Shown one piece after another: positions 27,338 to 37,857 of a DNA stretch of 64,000 nucleotides. The DNA is from a virus, in the IMG/VR virus record IMGVR_UViG_2802428968_000003, one strand, 5' to 3'. The notes under the pieces were generated by a model. It was not told the origin of the DNA and ran no database searches. It saw only the letters and a list, made by a program, of their open reading frames with translations. Position 1 is the stretch's first letter, and each line of letters starts with the position of its first letter. The translations under genes were made by a program, and so were the position numbers.

Positions 27338-27747
27338 TGACCGTCGCGCTGCATGAGCAGATGCCCCCCAACGCGATCGTGATGATGCTCGCCCACCTCG
27401 CACCGCTGGGCCCCTGCGACATCGAACGCAAGCCCGACGATCCGCTGCCGTTCCGCCAAGTCAACATGATTGACGGCACCTACGACGCAAACCTGTTCTA
27501 CTGCACCGCTGTCCTGTCGATCCACACCTTCGGCAAGACGATCACCGAGGCGCAGCGCGAGGGCATCAAGACCGATCAGCGGATCATGCGGCTCGGCGAC
27601 GAGATCGTCGATGTGCCCATGCCCGATGGCACGGCCGCCAACGTCGACTACATCGACTTTCAGCAGCTCTCCACGCTGCGCGAATACAAGGCCGACAACG
27701 CCTTTCGCTTCAAGGCGATCTGCGAGCTCGGCCTGTCGTTCAACTGA
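27337..27747 (+). CDS. tail terminator/completion protein
   Basis: 136 aa, immediately upstream of the major tail gene. Confidence 0.4.
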   Translation: MTVALHEQMPPNAIVMMLAHLAPLGPCDIERKPDDPLPFRQVNMIDGTYDANLFYCTAVLSIHTFGKTITEAQREGIKTDQRIMRLGDEIVDVPMPDGTAANVDYIDFQQLSTLREYKADNAFRFKAICELGLSFN

Positions 27748-27837
27748 TCGTCGCGGTCCCCTGATCGCGTCGCGGCATCCGCCGCACCTCAATCGCCGGA
27801 ACCCTTTCCGGTTCATCACCCATGGAAGGAGCGTCAC

Positions 27838-28917
27838 ATGACGCAACCCGAAACCGGCGCTGACTGGAGCGTCGGCGGATTCACCGACACCGATAGCCGT
27901 TTCGCTATCCGAGGCCCGCTCGTTGCCGTATTAGCGCGCGACTATCGCGGCGCGGCCACTGATATCAGCCCGCATCTCTTCAACCCGCTGGCCAAGGATG
28001 GCAAGCTGCGCGCGGACCTGTTCGCCCGCCGCAAGGTCGGCGGGTACTGGGTCAACAACCCCGAGCCCAACCAGGGGTGGCTGTTCCTCGGCGCCAACAC
28101 CAAGACTGGCGGCCCCGAGCGTGAGCCGAACATTGATGTCAGCCCGCTGGAGATCTTGCAGTCGAATTACCCGATCGAGAAGGACATCACCAAGATCGAA
28201 AAGACGGTGAAGTTCACCCCGATCGAGACCTTGAACCCTGTCGTCAAGGCCCTGCGCAATAACGTTCCGCTGCAGGATGAGGACGGCAACCTGCTCGTGG
28301 CAGAACCGGGCCAAGGCGACTATTTCGTGGGCACCCCGCTGGAAGCCGATTTCGTTCCCCGCCAGCTGCTTTTGGTGCGCGCACGGTCCCGGGCCGGCGG
28401 CAAGCTGTACACCGTCGAACCCATCCCCCTGTGCAAGCTGACCAAGATCGGCGCGGCCAAGATGGACACGGAAGACGCCGACGCCAACGAGCTGGAGTTC
28501 TCGCTCGAACCTGACCCGTTCTTCCTGATCCCCGATCCGCGCAACCCGGGCATCCTGATTCCCGGCCTGGACGGCGAATGGGTCGGCGGCAAGGGCTGGA
28601 CCACGATTCAGGGCGCCCCCAAGGTGTCGAACACCCCGCCGACGGTCACCCCCGGTGCCGCCGGTAAGGCCTCGATCGTATTCGCCGACCCCACGGGCGC
28701 TGGCGATCCGTTCACCTTCGCCGCCGAAAGCACCGTCGATGACGGGACCACCTGGCTGCCCGCCGAGCTCGATGGGCCCGCGGTCTCGTCCGGTGGCAAC
28801 ACCACGGTCAAGGTCAAGACGGTGGCAGCCGGTGCAACCAAGTTCCGCGTGAAGGTGACCGGCACCAACGGCGCTTCGGTCTACACCCCGAAGTCTGCCG
28901 CCGCGACCATCGCCTGA
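27838..28917 (+). CDS. major tail protein with C-terminal Ig-like domain
   Basis: 359 aa. The C-terminal ~100 aa are Thr/Val/Gly-rich beta-sandwich-like (TVKVKTVAAGATKFRVKVTGTNG). Confidence 0.55.
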   Translation: MTQPETGADWSVGGFTDTDSRFAIRGPLVAVLARDYRGAATDISPHLFNPLAKDGKLRADLFARRKVGGYWVNNPEPNQGWLFLGANTKTGGPEREPNIDVSPLEILQSNYPIEKDITKIEKTVKFTPIETLNPVVKALRNNVPLQDEDGNLLVAEPGQGDYFVGTPLEADFVPRQLLLVRARSRAGGKLYTVEPIPLCKLTKIGAAKMDTEDADANELEFSLEPDPFFLIPDPRNPGILIPGLDGEWVGGKGWTTIQGAPKVSNTPPTVTPGAAGKASIVFADPTGAGDPFTFAAESTVDDGTTWLPAELDGPAVSSGGNTTVKVKTVAAGATKFRVKVTGTNGASVYTPKSAAATIA

Positions 28918-28956
28918 TGAACCCTCACCTGGCGGGCGTCGGGCTGCGCCCGCCAG

Positions 28957-29463
28957 GTGAGCCCCACCCCCATTCCAGCCCGAAACCCCAAGCCCACCAG
29001 CCCGAAAGGAACAATCATGAGCTCCGAAGACACCAAGGACGTTCTACACCCCGTCGACCCCAGAAAGGCACGCGAGCAGGCCGCCGATCACCTCGGATTC
29101 ATGGCAGGTGTGCCCTTTGATCTCGGCGACGGCGAGATGTGGGAGCTTCCCAACCCGGCGTTTCTCGATACCGAGCAGCGCAAGCGGTACCGCGACTACC
29201 AGCGGGACATGAAAGCCCTCGACAAGGAAACCGTCGATCATCCTTTCATCGACGGCAAGACCATCGAGCAGAACGTCTATCCGTATCTCAAGGACGGCAA
29301 GGATTACGACCCTGACGAGCAGCTGTGCATCGCACTCATGGGTGAGGACATCTACGCCAAGTTCCTCGCCGCGGGCGGTGTTCCCGGCCAGATCGATACG
29401 CACTGGAAGGTGATGCAGCGCCAGCTGGAGGAGCGGACAAAGATCGACTCCAAAAGTAATTGA
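28957..29463 (+). CDS. tail assembly chaperone (G-like)
   Basis: Acidic 168 aa between major tail and tape measure. Confidence 0.55.
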   Translation: MSPTPIPARNPKPTSPKGTIMSSEDTKDVLHPVDPRKAREQAADHLGFMAGVPFDLGDGEMWELPNPAFLDTEQRKRYRDYQRDMKALDKETVDHPFIDGKTIEQNVYPYLKDGKDYDPDEQLCIALMGEDIYAKFLAAGGVPGQIDTHWKVMQRQLEERTKIDSKSN

Positions 29464-29887
29464 GGCAGTAGCGCTGTGGTGCCGTTGGCCCAATGCGATC
29501 GAGGCCGATCTTCGTTTTCGCGGTGTGCGCATCGCTGATTGGCACCAGGGCACCCGCGATGAGCGCGGCGCCCTGGTGCTTTCCAGCCGCCAACTACTGT
29601 CGCTGATCCACCAGCTGCCCGAAGACTCAGAGTTCAAAACCCATGCGCCGCCGCCGTTTGGGCGCGACGGCGACTGGACGGTCATGCAGAAGATCATCGC
29701 CGAGACACACAACGAGCTCGCGGCATACCGGGCCAGCCAGTACGCGGGCACCCCGCACGAATACATGTACACCAAGTACTCATCGCCGCTGGATTCTCGC
29801 AGACAGCACGAACTTGACTCCGCTGAAAACGAATTCATCGAGTCGGCGCGAGAAGAGTTGCTAGATGACGTATTTGGCGACCAATGA
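29414..29887 (+). CDS. tail assembly chaperone frameshift extension (T-like)
   Basis: The second frame is open from 29414 and overlaps the 3' end of the G gene by ~50 nt. It is +1 relative to the G frame. CCAAAAG lies in the overlap. Confidence 0.45.
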   Translation, partial: CSASWRSGQRSTPKVIEAVALWCRWPNAIEADLRFRGVRIADWHQGTRDERGALVLSSRQLLSLIHQLPEDSEFKTHAPPPFGRDGDWTVMQKIIAETHNELAAYRASQYAGTPHEYMYTKYSSPLDSRRQHELDSAENEFIESAREELLDDVFGDQ

Positions 29888-29901
29888 TCAGGAGGTGAAC
29901 C

Positions 29902-32900
29902 ATGTCCGTGCAGATACCCATCGGTGCCGCCGCTGATCATCGGTCGTGGAAGCGGGTCGCCGATGACGCCACCCGCACGTTCGGCAACGCGGGTAAGGAT
30001 GCCGGCCGCGATTTCGCCAACGCGCTGGCGGGCAGCTCCAAGGATGTCGAGAAGTCCCTTAAGCGCATGGGCGACAGGGCTTCTGATGCCTACGACAAGG
30101 CAGCATCGGCCGTCGGGAAACTCAAGTCCGAGGAATCCGAACTACAGCGGCTACGCGACCGCGACGCCGACGGCGCACGGATCATCCGCCAGACCGAGAA
30201 AGTCAACGACGCGCGGCGCGCCGAGGCTCGTGCTGTCCGGGACGCAACGCGGGCATACCGCGAGTATCAAGAAGCTGCCGACGAGGCGAGCCGACGCAAC
30301 AACACCAACCTTGTTGACGGCATGCGCGCCCAGGCTGGCCAGGCCGCCCAGCTCGGCCGCGACATGGGCAATGGGTTCTCAGGCGGATTCACCCACGGGG
30401 TGAGCAGCGCGGCCTCGATCGCCCGACTCGGCACCGCTGGCGGGCCAATCGGCGCGGCCCTGTTGGGTTTGACCGCCGTAGGCATCCTCGTCGGAAGTCG
30501 GCTCTCCAACGCCATTGCCGAAGGTATGGCCACCACGGCCACCACCAAGTTGTTCCAGGGCCGCATGGGTCTGGATGACACCTCGATGGGCAATTACGCC
30601 AAGGCTGCCGGTCAGTCCTACGCCAACAACTTCGGCGCCTCCGTAGCGGACAACCTCAGCGTCGCTCAAGCGGCCCTGCGCAACAACCTGATCAAGCCCA
30701 ACTCGCCCGATGACGAAATTCAGTACACGATTCAGCAGCTCCAAGGTGTGGCGCAGGTCGTCGAGAAGACCCCGCAAGAGCTCGCGCACTCCGCGACCCA
30801 ACTCATGCGCACCGGCCTTGCCAATAGCGTCACCGAAGCGCTCGACATCATCACCGCGGGCTCACAGAAGGGCCTGGACGTAACCGGCGACTGGCTCGAC
30901 TCTATCGGCGAGTACTCCACGCAATTCCGCAAGCTCGGCCTGACCGGCAGCGAGACAATGACGCTGCTCAAGCAAGGCATCGAGGGCGGTGCCCGCGACA
31001 CCGACAAGGTGGCCGACTCCCTCAAGGAATTCAGCATCCGCGCGGTCGACGGCAGCAAGTCAACCAAGGAAGGTTTCGAGGCGCTGGGGTTCAACGCCGA
31101 CGAGATGGGACGGCGCTTCTCCGCAGGCGGCGAGCAAGCACACCAAGCATTTGCAGCGGTGCTCACCGGACTACGCAATCTAGATGACCCGGTTCAGCAA
31201 GCCCTTGTGTGGCAACGCCTTTTCGGCACGCAGTGGGAGGACATGGGCGATGCTGTCAACAAACTCGACCTCGACCCGGCTAAAAACCAGTTCAAGGATC
31301 TGCAAGACACCTCGCAGCGATCGACTAAGACCGCGACGGAGACGTTCAAGTCCGAATGGGAAAGCGCAACCAAGACGGTCGATCAGTGGTTCACCGACCT
31401 AAAGACCAGTATCTCGGATTGGTTTGTGGATCTGCCTGTCATCAGGGACATCCCGACGATGATCAAGGATCTGTTCAGTTCCTCGCCGCCACCGCCGCAA
31501 TACGCTGCACCGCTCGGCGGTACGCATCCCGGTACCGACATCCTGGCCAACACCCTTCCCGGTGCGCCGGGCGCGGGCTCAACCGTCCTGCCTCCGGCAC
31601 CCGGCGACAACTCAGCACGGACACTGCTCGGCAGCGCGCTCGCCCCCGGGACCGCCCTGCCCCCGCCGGATGCCCAGCGCGGCAATGCTGTCGATAACGG
31701 TCCGCAGGCAGGCGACAGGAAGCCGATCGCACCGGCCGGGGACGACGACAAGACCAAGGCCCCGATCGATCCGAGTCTTTGGTCGGTGGAGTCAAAGCCC
31801 GTTGCCATGCCGCCAGGATTGGCCACGGCGCCCACCGCAGCGCCCGGGGTGCTCGTTTCGTCTCCCAAGGGCGGGCCCGGTCTCGGTCGCTACGAGGTCG
31901 ACCCCATGCGGGTGTATGACGCTGAGTCGTCGGCGATCCGGGCCAAGAACTCTCTGGAGCAAGACCGCATTGCGTTGATCCGGCTGGAGCAGCAGGGTAA
32001 CGCCGATCAGGACGCACTACTGCGAGCGCGCAACCAGGTTGCCGACGCCGAACGCTCGTACGTTTCGGCGCAGATGAAACTGGCTGAGGCGCAGCAAGGT
32101 ACGTGGAAGAAGCTGGAGAGCTCTACGCAGGGCCTCGCCGACGGCATGGGCCAGATCGGTGCCGCACTAGACAAGGATTTCGGGATCTCCAAGGGCCTGC
32201 CGGGGCTGGCCGAGAATCTGACCAAGTTCCTGGCCAATATGGCGGCGGCCCCGATCCTTGGCCAGCTCGGCGCGGTCAGCCAACTCAACCCGTCCAAGGG
32301 CGGATACGGCGCTATGGGCATCCTGGCCGCCCAGGGCGTGTTTGGGCCGCAGTACACAGGTGTTGCCCAGGACGTTGCCATGGCGGGCATCGGGCCGATG
32401 GCGCTGCAACAGGGTGTAACCCCCAACCTCGCCGCGATGTATGCATTGGCCGCGCGTGGCGGAAAGTACGCTCCGGCATCTGATCTGCAGAACGGGCTGG
32501 CCGACTGCTCGGGTGCCGTCTCGGATTTGGTGGAGGTGCTGCGCGACGGGAAGTCCTCACCGGCACGGCTGTTCGATACCACTGCGTTCGCCACCGATGC
32601 CAGCGCTGCCAAGCTCGGTTTCCTGCCCGGATATCAGCCGGGGGCCTTCAATGTCGGTGTGAATCCCCTGCCGGGGCAGCAGGGCCACATGGCCGCGACG
32701 CTGCCCAACGGCATGAATTTCGAATCTGGTGGAGGACACGGCCCGATGCTGGGAGGCTCGGCGGCCGGTGCCCTCGATAAGCAGTTCCCCAAGCAGTACT
32801 ACATGCCCCTTGGTTCGGGCACGTCGAGCGCACCGTCGCCGCAGCCGATCGGGCCCACGGTCGATTATCGGGCGCTCTACCCCAAGACGGCCGGTCCTGG

Positions 32901-33528
32901 CTTAGCGGTCACCGATCCGGTGATGAGCGATCCGACGTTGACCAATCCTGCCCTGACAGCGGGTATTCCGGCCGCTGGCGGCGGGTGGGGTGGGGCTACC
33001 GGGCCTGCGCAGGCGTGGAGCCCGTCATCGACGCGCATTGGTGGTGTGGAACCGGCGACCGGTTCGGGTGCAGGCGGGGTCGGTATCACTCCCGGCGGCA
33101 CCATCGATACCGCGATCGGGATGGCCGCCTCGGCGGCCGACATCTTCGCCCCAGGTGCCGGGCAGGCAGCGCAGACCGGAATCAAGCTGGCCAACAGGGC
33201 GATTCAGTTCGGTGCACAGGCCGCAGGTATCGGGGTGCAGGGCTTGATGGATACGGTGCTGCCGACCGCGGGCTCGGAGCTGGCCAACAAGAGCTGGCTG
33301 ACCAAGATCCTCGGTGGTGTCGCTGGTGCTGCCCCGGCGATCCCGAACGTGGCCGGCAAGGCGACCGCGCCACCAAACCCCAATCAGGGCGACCCGAACG
33401 CCCAAGGCGGCCCAGTCAAGGCGGGCGACACAAACATCCACGTCACCAACAACCGCGCCACCGAGGACGGCACCGGCCGCGATATCGCATTCCATCAGCA
33501 AGCCCGCAACTCCGGGCCGGGGATGTGA
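29902..33528 (+). CDS. tape measure protein
   Basis: 1208 aa, Ala/Gly-rich, coiled-coil N-terminus, canonical position. Confidence 0.8.
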   Translation: MSVQIPIGAAADHRSWKRVADDATRTFGNAGKDAGRDFANALAGSSKDVEKSLKRMGDRASDAYDKAASAVGKLKSEESELQRLRDRDADGARIIRQTEKVNDARRAEARAVRDATRAYREYQEAADEASRRNNTNLVDGMRAQAGQAAQLGRDMGNGFSGGFTHGVSSAASIARLGTAGGPIGAALLGLTAVGILVGSRLSNAIAEGMATTATTKLFQGRMGLDDTSMGNYAKAAGQSYANNFGASVADNLSVAQAALRNNLIKPNSPDDEIQYTIQQLQGVAQVVEKTPQELAHSATQLMRTGLANSVTEALDIITAGSQKGLDVTGDWLDSIGEYSTQFRKLGLTGSETMTLLKQGIEGGARDTDKVADSLKEFSIRAVDGSKSTKEGFEALGFNADEMGRRFSAGGEQAHQAFAAVLTGLRNLDDPVQQALVWQRLFGTQWEDMGDAVNKLDLDPAKNQFKDLQDTSQRSTKTATETFKSEWESATKTVDQWFTDLKTSISDWFVDLPVIRDIPTMIKDLFSSSPPPPQYAAPLGGTHPGTDILANTLPGAPGAGSTVLPPAPGDNSARTLLGSALAPGTALPPPDAQRGNAVDNGPQAGDRKPIAPAGDDDKTKAPIDPSLWSVESKPVAMPPGLATAPTAAPGVLVSSPKGGPGLGRYEVDPMRVYDAESSAIRAKNSLEQDRIALIRLEQQGNADQDALLRARNQVADAERSYVSAQMKLAEAQQGTWKKLESSTQGLADGMGQIGAALDKDFGISKGLPGLAENLTKFLANMAAAPILGQLGAVSQLNPSKGGYGAMGILAAQGVFGPQYTGVAQDVAMAGIGPMALQQGVTPNLAAMYALAARGGKYAPASDLQNGLADCSGAVSDLVEVLRDGKSSPARLFDTTAFATDASAAKLGFLPGYQPGAFNVGVNPLPGQQGHMAATLPNGMNFESGGGHGPMLGGSAAGALDKQFPKQYYMPLGSGTSSAPSPQPIGPTVDYRALYPKTAGPGLAVTDPVMSDPTLTNPALTAGIPAAGGGWGGATGPAQAWSPSSTRIGGVEPATGSGAGGVGITPGGTIDTAIGMAASAADIFAPGAGQAAQTGIKLANRAIQFGAQAAGIGVQGLMDTVLPTAGSELANKSWLTKILGGVAGAAPAIPNVAGKATAPPNPNQGDPNAQGGPVKAGDTNIHVTNNRATEDGTGRDIAFHQQARNSGPGM

Positions 33529-35255
33529 CCGTGACGATCCGCTATCCGGCCAACCCCGTCACACCCCATGGCTGGTATCACCTCGTCAACGGCGAAAAGC
33601 CCATGATGCGCCTGACCGCCTTTGACGGGTCGGTCGAGATGTTCATGATCGGCGGATACGCGATTCCCGACCCGTACACGGCGCCAGAAGCCGTGCATTT
33701 GATCGACCTCGAAGGCCTCATCGCGCCATGGAAGCACGTCACCCAGAAGGGTGCGACCGAGGATGGCGTTCACCATATCGACGCGTTTTTGGATCCGGTC
33801 GAGGTCAAGCTCACGGTCAAGTGCCGGGGCCGCAACGCCGCGCGCACGCGCCGGGTCTATCGGCATCTGATCGATTCGCTGGACGCCATCAAGTGTTCCC
33901 GGCTGGACTTTTTCGATCACGATGCCGGGTACTGGTGGGCCGACGTGCGCTGGTTCCAAGGCGGGCAACCCGATCCGGTTTCGGCTATGCGCAAGGGCAC
34001 CTCGCAGAAAGCCACGTTGCGGCTACAGGCCGACACCGGCACCTGGAAGTCGTTCGACCACGCGGACTCCTTCGCGTTCACCTACGACGCGATTACCGAC
34101 ACCTTCGCGACCGATCATCGCCAAACCAAGGATCTCGGCGCGGTTCCGCAGCGCTACAGCGGCCCCGGCGGCGGGTTCTGCACGTCCTACAACGACCAAA
34201 TGCGTTGGTGGGACGACCCCGAACACGGGTTTGGCACCCAATGGCGCCGGGTCATCAACGGGCCCTGGCCCGATTTCGCCACCGATACCGATAACCAGGT
34301 CGTCTCCCAGGTGCACGGGGGATTTCAGGAGTGGTCGGTGCCCGACTCGGGCCGAAACATCCTGGGCGCGCGCATGAACCGCAATCCTGACGGCAGCTGG
34401 GCGGGCGACGGGGTGTTCGTCGAGTACGGCGCCGGATACCTGCGCCTGTACTACACGATCAACTTCGTTGAGACCACCTTGCGCAGCTGGCCGCTGGCCA
34501 TCCCCATCGGGCCGCTGCCGGGCGAGAAGTTCACACTGGTGTGCGGCACCGAGGATCACCCGCGCACGTTCCGCGTGCTGCGCAACGACATGGAGATCTT
34601 GTCGGTCACCGAAACCGGCACGGGCTCGCCTCTGGGGGCAGCGCATCGGGGCGTCGGCAACGGCATGTTCGCTGCCGGTGCGGTGATCAGCCAGGCAACG
34701 CCGTCCGCTATCCGCAAGCTGGCCGCGGGCGATAACGCTGCCGTGGCGCAAACCGGGTTCCTCAAGCGCATCAACATCGGTGATCAGGACATGTACGACG
34801 ACTACGTGCTGTTCGGGCCGTTCACCAAGGTCAAAATCTACGACGGGCCCGGCTCGGACCAATATGTCGAATTCGGGCCGCTGCTACCCAATCAGGTGGT
34901 GTTTTTGCGCACCGATCCGCGCGTGCACACCACCTTGGTGAAAGACCTAACCTCGGTGCCGCCCTCACCGCAGGAACTCGATTTGTTCCAGGAGGCGATC
35001 GAGAAGTTCATGAGCTTTGCGGGCATGAACGGTACGGCGTTCGCCGATCAGATCAAGTCGCAGTTCGGCATCACCCCGCCGCAAGGCCCGCTGTACAAGT
35101 ACCTCAAGGGCCGCTTCTCCAAGAACGCGGCGATACCACCGAAATCACCGGGCAATCCCGCGCAGCCGTATTTCGTGAAGGTCTCGATCGAGGGCGGCAA
35201 CGCCGACTCCAAGATCATCGCCTCGGGCACGCCGCGACGGAGATACCCGCTCTAA
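33525..35255 (+). CDS. minor tail protein (distal tail/Dit-like position)
   Basis: GTG at 33525 overlaps the ATGTGA stop of the tape measure. 576 aa. Confidence 0.5.
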   Translation: MTVTIRYPANPVTPHGWYHLVNGEKPMMRLTAFDGSVEMFMIGGYAIPDPYTAPEAVHLIDLEGLIAPWKHVTQKGATEDGVHHIDAFLDPVEVKLTVKCRGRNAARTRRVYRHLIDSLDAIKCSRLDFFDHDAGYWWADVRWFQGGQPDPVSAMRKGTSQKATLRLQADTGTWKSFDHADSFAFTYDAITDTFATDHRQTKDLGAVPQRYSGPGGGFCTSYNDQMRWWDDPEHGFGTQWRRVINGPWPDFATDTDNQVVSQVHGGFQEWSVPDSGRNILGARMNRNPDGSWAGDGVFVEYGAGYLRLYYTINFVETTLRSWPLAIPIGPLPGEKFTLVCGTEDHPRTFRVLRNDMEILSVTETGTGSPLGAAHRGVGNGMFAAGAVISQATPSAIRKLAAGDNAAVAQTGFLKRINIGDQDMYDDYVLFGPFTKVKIYDGPGSDQYVEFGPLLPNQVVFLRTDPRVHTTLVKDLTSVPPSPQELDLFQEAIEKFMSFAGMNGTAFADQIKSQFGITPPQGPLYKYLKGRFSKNAAIPPKSPGNPAQPYFVKVSIEGGNADSKIIASGTPRRRYPL

Positions 35256-35295
35256 TGCGCAATGCGTTGCGCCCCTGCGATCCAGGGGCCATCTC

Positions 35296-37002
35296 GTGAT
35301 GCCCATATCCGATGAGCAGCGCTGGGAGGCCGCCAAGCGCTCGGGCGATATCGCGCGGATCGCCACCACCGCCCGCGCCCTGACCGAGAAAAACTCGAAG
35401 GTCGACACCAGCTATCGGTTCACCGTCTGCGACAAGATGTGGACCCCGATGGCCTCGGTGGGCTCTGACCTGATGGAGGGTTCGGGCGCCCGGCCGCGCA
35501 ACGACTGCCCCACCGGAAAGCTGATGCTCAAGGGCAGCTCGCCACTGATCCAGATGTTCATGGACTGCCGCAACACCCTGGTCGGGGTCGAGATGGAGAC
35601 CGCCGGCAGCCGACAGAACTTCTACACCAAGGTTCACCGCTACCGCTACGAAAAGGGCGCGTGGACAGGCAATGTCGAGATGCGCGGCATTTGGGACATC
35701 CTGAACTACTACGTGATCTGGCCGACGTGGTGGCTTCCCCTTGCCGCCCAGCCCATTTCGCACGCAATCTTCATCTGGGCGCTACAGACCTGCGTGGAGA
35801 ACATGGTCGCCGAATGCGCGCTGCGCATCCAGTCCGGGTGGCTGGAGTTCGTCAACAACGGCCTGTCACTCAACGGCGACATCCGGGCATGGATGGGCAC
35901 CATCTTGCAAGCCCTCAAGCGCGACAAGCTCTCGGTGCAGACCTTCGGCAAGATGCTGCGCACCCCCACCTATGTGCAGCGCACCAACCCGTTCCTGGAC
36001 ACATCGCCCATGTGCGCCAAGACCGTTCGCATGGAAACCTGCGGAACGGTCATCAAGGATGTCACCCGCGCCTACGGTGTGGACACCCGCATGGACCTGT
36101 GGCGCCCGGGTGACCCGCAACCGGACAAGTGGGCCAACCTCGATTCGCCCACCTACGTGTTTTCCACCCGGGACCGCCAGCAGATCTCGGGGCCCACCAA
36201 AACCGTTGCCGATTCGGTGATCAAGACGGTGATCGACCTCGGCGGATCACTCGGTGACATCTTCAAGCCAGTCATCCAGCAGGTACCCGGTATGAACGGG
36301 GTGTTCTACGCCCCCAAGCTCGGTGTCGATTTCGAGCAGCCCTACGCCTACGTCGTCGCCCCCGAAGAGGGCGAGGACTCCAACATCATCAACTGCGAAA
36401 TCGCCGACCACACCCCCGAGGGCTGGCAACACATCATCGGCGGCCGTTCTCCAAAGTGGTTGAACGACTTAATGAATGCCACCTTCGCATGGTTGATCGA
36501 TTCGCTGATGATCGTGGTCGGGTTCTCCGGCATCCCGTCGGATCTGCTCTCGGGATTCCTGAACAACAGCTTCCTGGCGTTCCAGATGGTCCAGGTGTAC
36601 CAGGTCCGCGACGAGGTGGGCCCTTTTCATCCGGCGATCGAGCGGTTCTACCCGACCGCCAGCGCCCCGTACAACATCGAAACCATGTTCGCGTTCATCA
36701 ACGCGATTTTCGATGCCCAAGGTGCTACCACGGCGCAGGTCACTTTCCGCAACGGTGACCAATATGCCTTGGGCCGAGACATTTTCGAGGGCGGCCTGAT
36801 GTCGCTGGTGTATCACCGCCGAACCAAGATGATCACCGACTACATCGAAAACACCATGTGGCGCATCACCCCCACCGAGCAGACCACCTTGGTGCAGCTC
36901 GGTGACGGCCGCCGCGACGAGGCCCCCTTGGGCAGGATTCAACGCTTCATCACTGGCGCATTCGAAGCCATCAACGTCATCACACTGGCCCCCCAGTCCT
37001 AA
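35296..37002 (+). CDS. minor tail protein
   Basis: 568 aa ORF directly after the previous minor tail gene. Confidence 0.5.
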   Translation: MMPISDEQRWEAAKRSGDIARIATTARALTEKNSKVDTSYRFTVCDKMWTPMASVGSDLMEGSGARPRNDCPTGKLMLKGSSPLIQMFMDCRNTLVGVEMETAGSRQNFYTKVHRYRYEKGAWTGNVEMRGIWDILNYYVIWPTWWLPLAAQPISHAIFIWALQTCVENMVAECALRIQSGWLEFVNNGLSLNGDIRAWMGTILQALKRDKLSVQTFGKMLRTPTYVQRTNPFLDTSPMCAKTVRMETCGTVIKDVTRAYGVDTRMDLWRPGDPQPDKWANLDSPTYVFSTRDRQQISGPTKTVADSVIKTVIDLGGSLGDIFKPVIQQVPGMNGVFYAPKLGVDFEQPYAYVVAPEEGEDSNIINCEIADHTPEGWQHIIGGRSPKWLNDLMNATFAWLIDSLMIVVGFSGIPSDLLSGFLNNSFLAFQMVQVYQVRDEVGPFHPAIERFYPTASAPYNIETMFAFINAIFDAQGATTAQVTFRNGDQYALGRDIFEGGLMSLVYHRRTKMITDYIENTMWRITPTEQTTLVQLGDGRRDEAPLGRIQRFITGAFEAINVITLAPQS

Positions 37003-37017
37003 CCGGAGGTAACCCAC

Positions 37018-37857
37018 ATGGCTTGGCCTATCGTCGATTTCAACGGCGCACGCTACTACCAGGGACAGGGCTACACCCTGGTCCCGGTCGACGGCACCGG
37101 GGTGGCGCACGTGCTGCTGCGCGAAGACGGCGGAATCATGGGAGGGGTGTCCGGGGTCGAGCAGGGCCCGCCCGGAAAGCACGCCGAGTTCGACGAGAAG
37201 ATCGACCTGACACCACTGGCCCCCGAAGACGCGACACCCGATTCAGCATTTTTCGAACTCATTACTCCCCCAACGGACAACACGCCCGGCAGGTGGAAGA
37301 TGCACCTGGCGCTACACACCGGCAAGACCGGTAAAGACGGCGCGACACGCTGGAATCCGCTGGACCTGTCGACTAATCCCAAGGCGGGGTGGATTCCGGC
37401 CGTCAAAACCGACCTGCTCGGTTTTGAGCTTGTGCCGCAAAAGGTTGCCGAGGTGTTCTACCCGGGCGAGATCAAGAACATCGGTACGGGCAACGCGAAC
37501 GGGACTATGGCCGCGATCGACATCCCTCCCCGCCCGTGGCCTCGGCGTATCCGCGCGCAAGGCCAAACGGTCGTTACCGGCGAAGCGGCCGACGTGCGCG
37601 TGAATCTGCTGGCCCGGATCAACGGCGAGGCCAACGGCAACATCGTGGGCCGCTGCGTGGGCATCGCCCAGACTGATCGGCTGGCGTTCTCACCGGGCAA
37701 GCCCATCGGCCCCGGCAGCACCACCGACGACTACGACACCATTCCCGCTGGCACCTCGGCCACCGTACACATCCGGTGCGAGCGCCAAACTGGCACATCG
37801 ACGTACACCGCCACCGCCGCGATGTCGCACTTCAACATAGAGGCCTGGCCGCTGTGA
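37018..37857 (+). CDS. minor tail protein
   Basis: 279 aa. Confidence 0.45.
   Translation: MAWPIVDFNGARYYQGQGYTLVPVDGTGVAHVLLREDGGIMGGVSGVEQGPPGKHAEFDEKIDLTPLAPEDATPDSAFFELITPPTDNTPGRWKMHLALHTGKTGKDGATRWNPLDLSTNPKAGWIPAVKTDLLGFELVPQKVAEVFYPGEIKNIGTGNANGTMAAIDIPPRPWPRRIRAQGQTVVTGEAADVRVNLLARINGEANGNIVGRCVGIAQTDRLAFSPGKPIGPGSTTDDYDTIPAGTSATVHIRCERQTGTSTYTATAAMSHFNIEAWPL

Noticed and set aside
32985-33524. N-terminal 180 codons of ORF 32985..35255, which overlap the tape measure gene
   Set aside because: This stretch is an out-of-frame overlap of the tape measure 3' end. A GTGA-type start at 33525 follows the tape measure stop directly.
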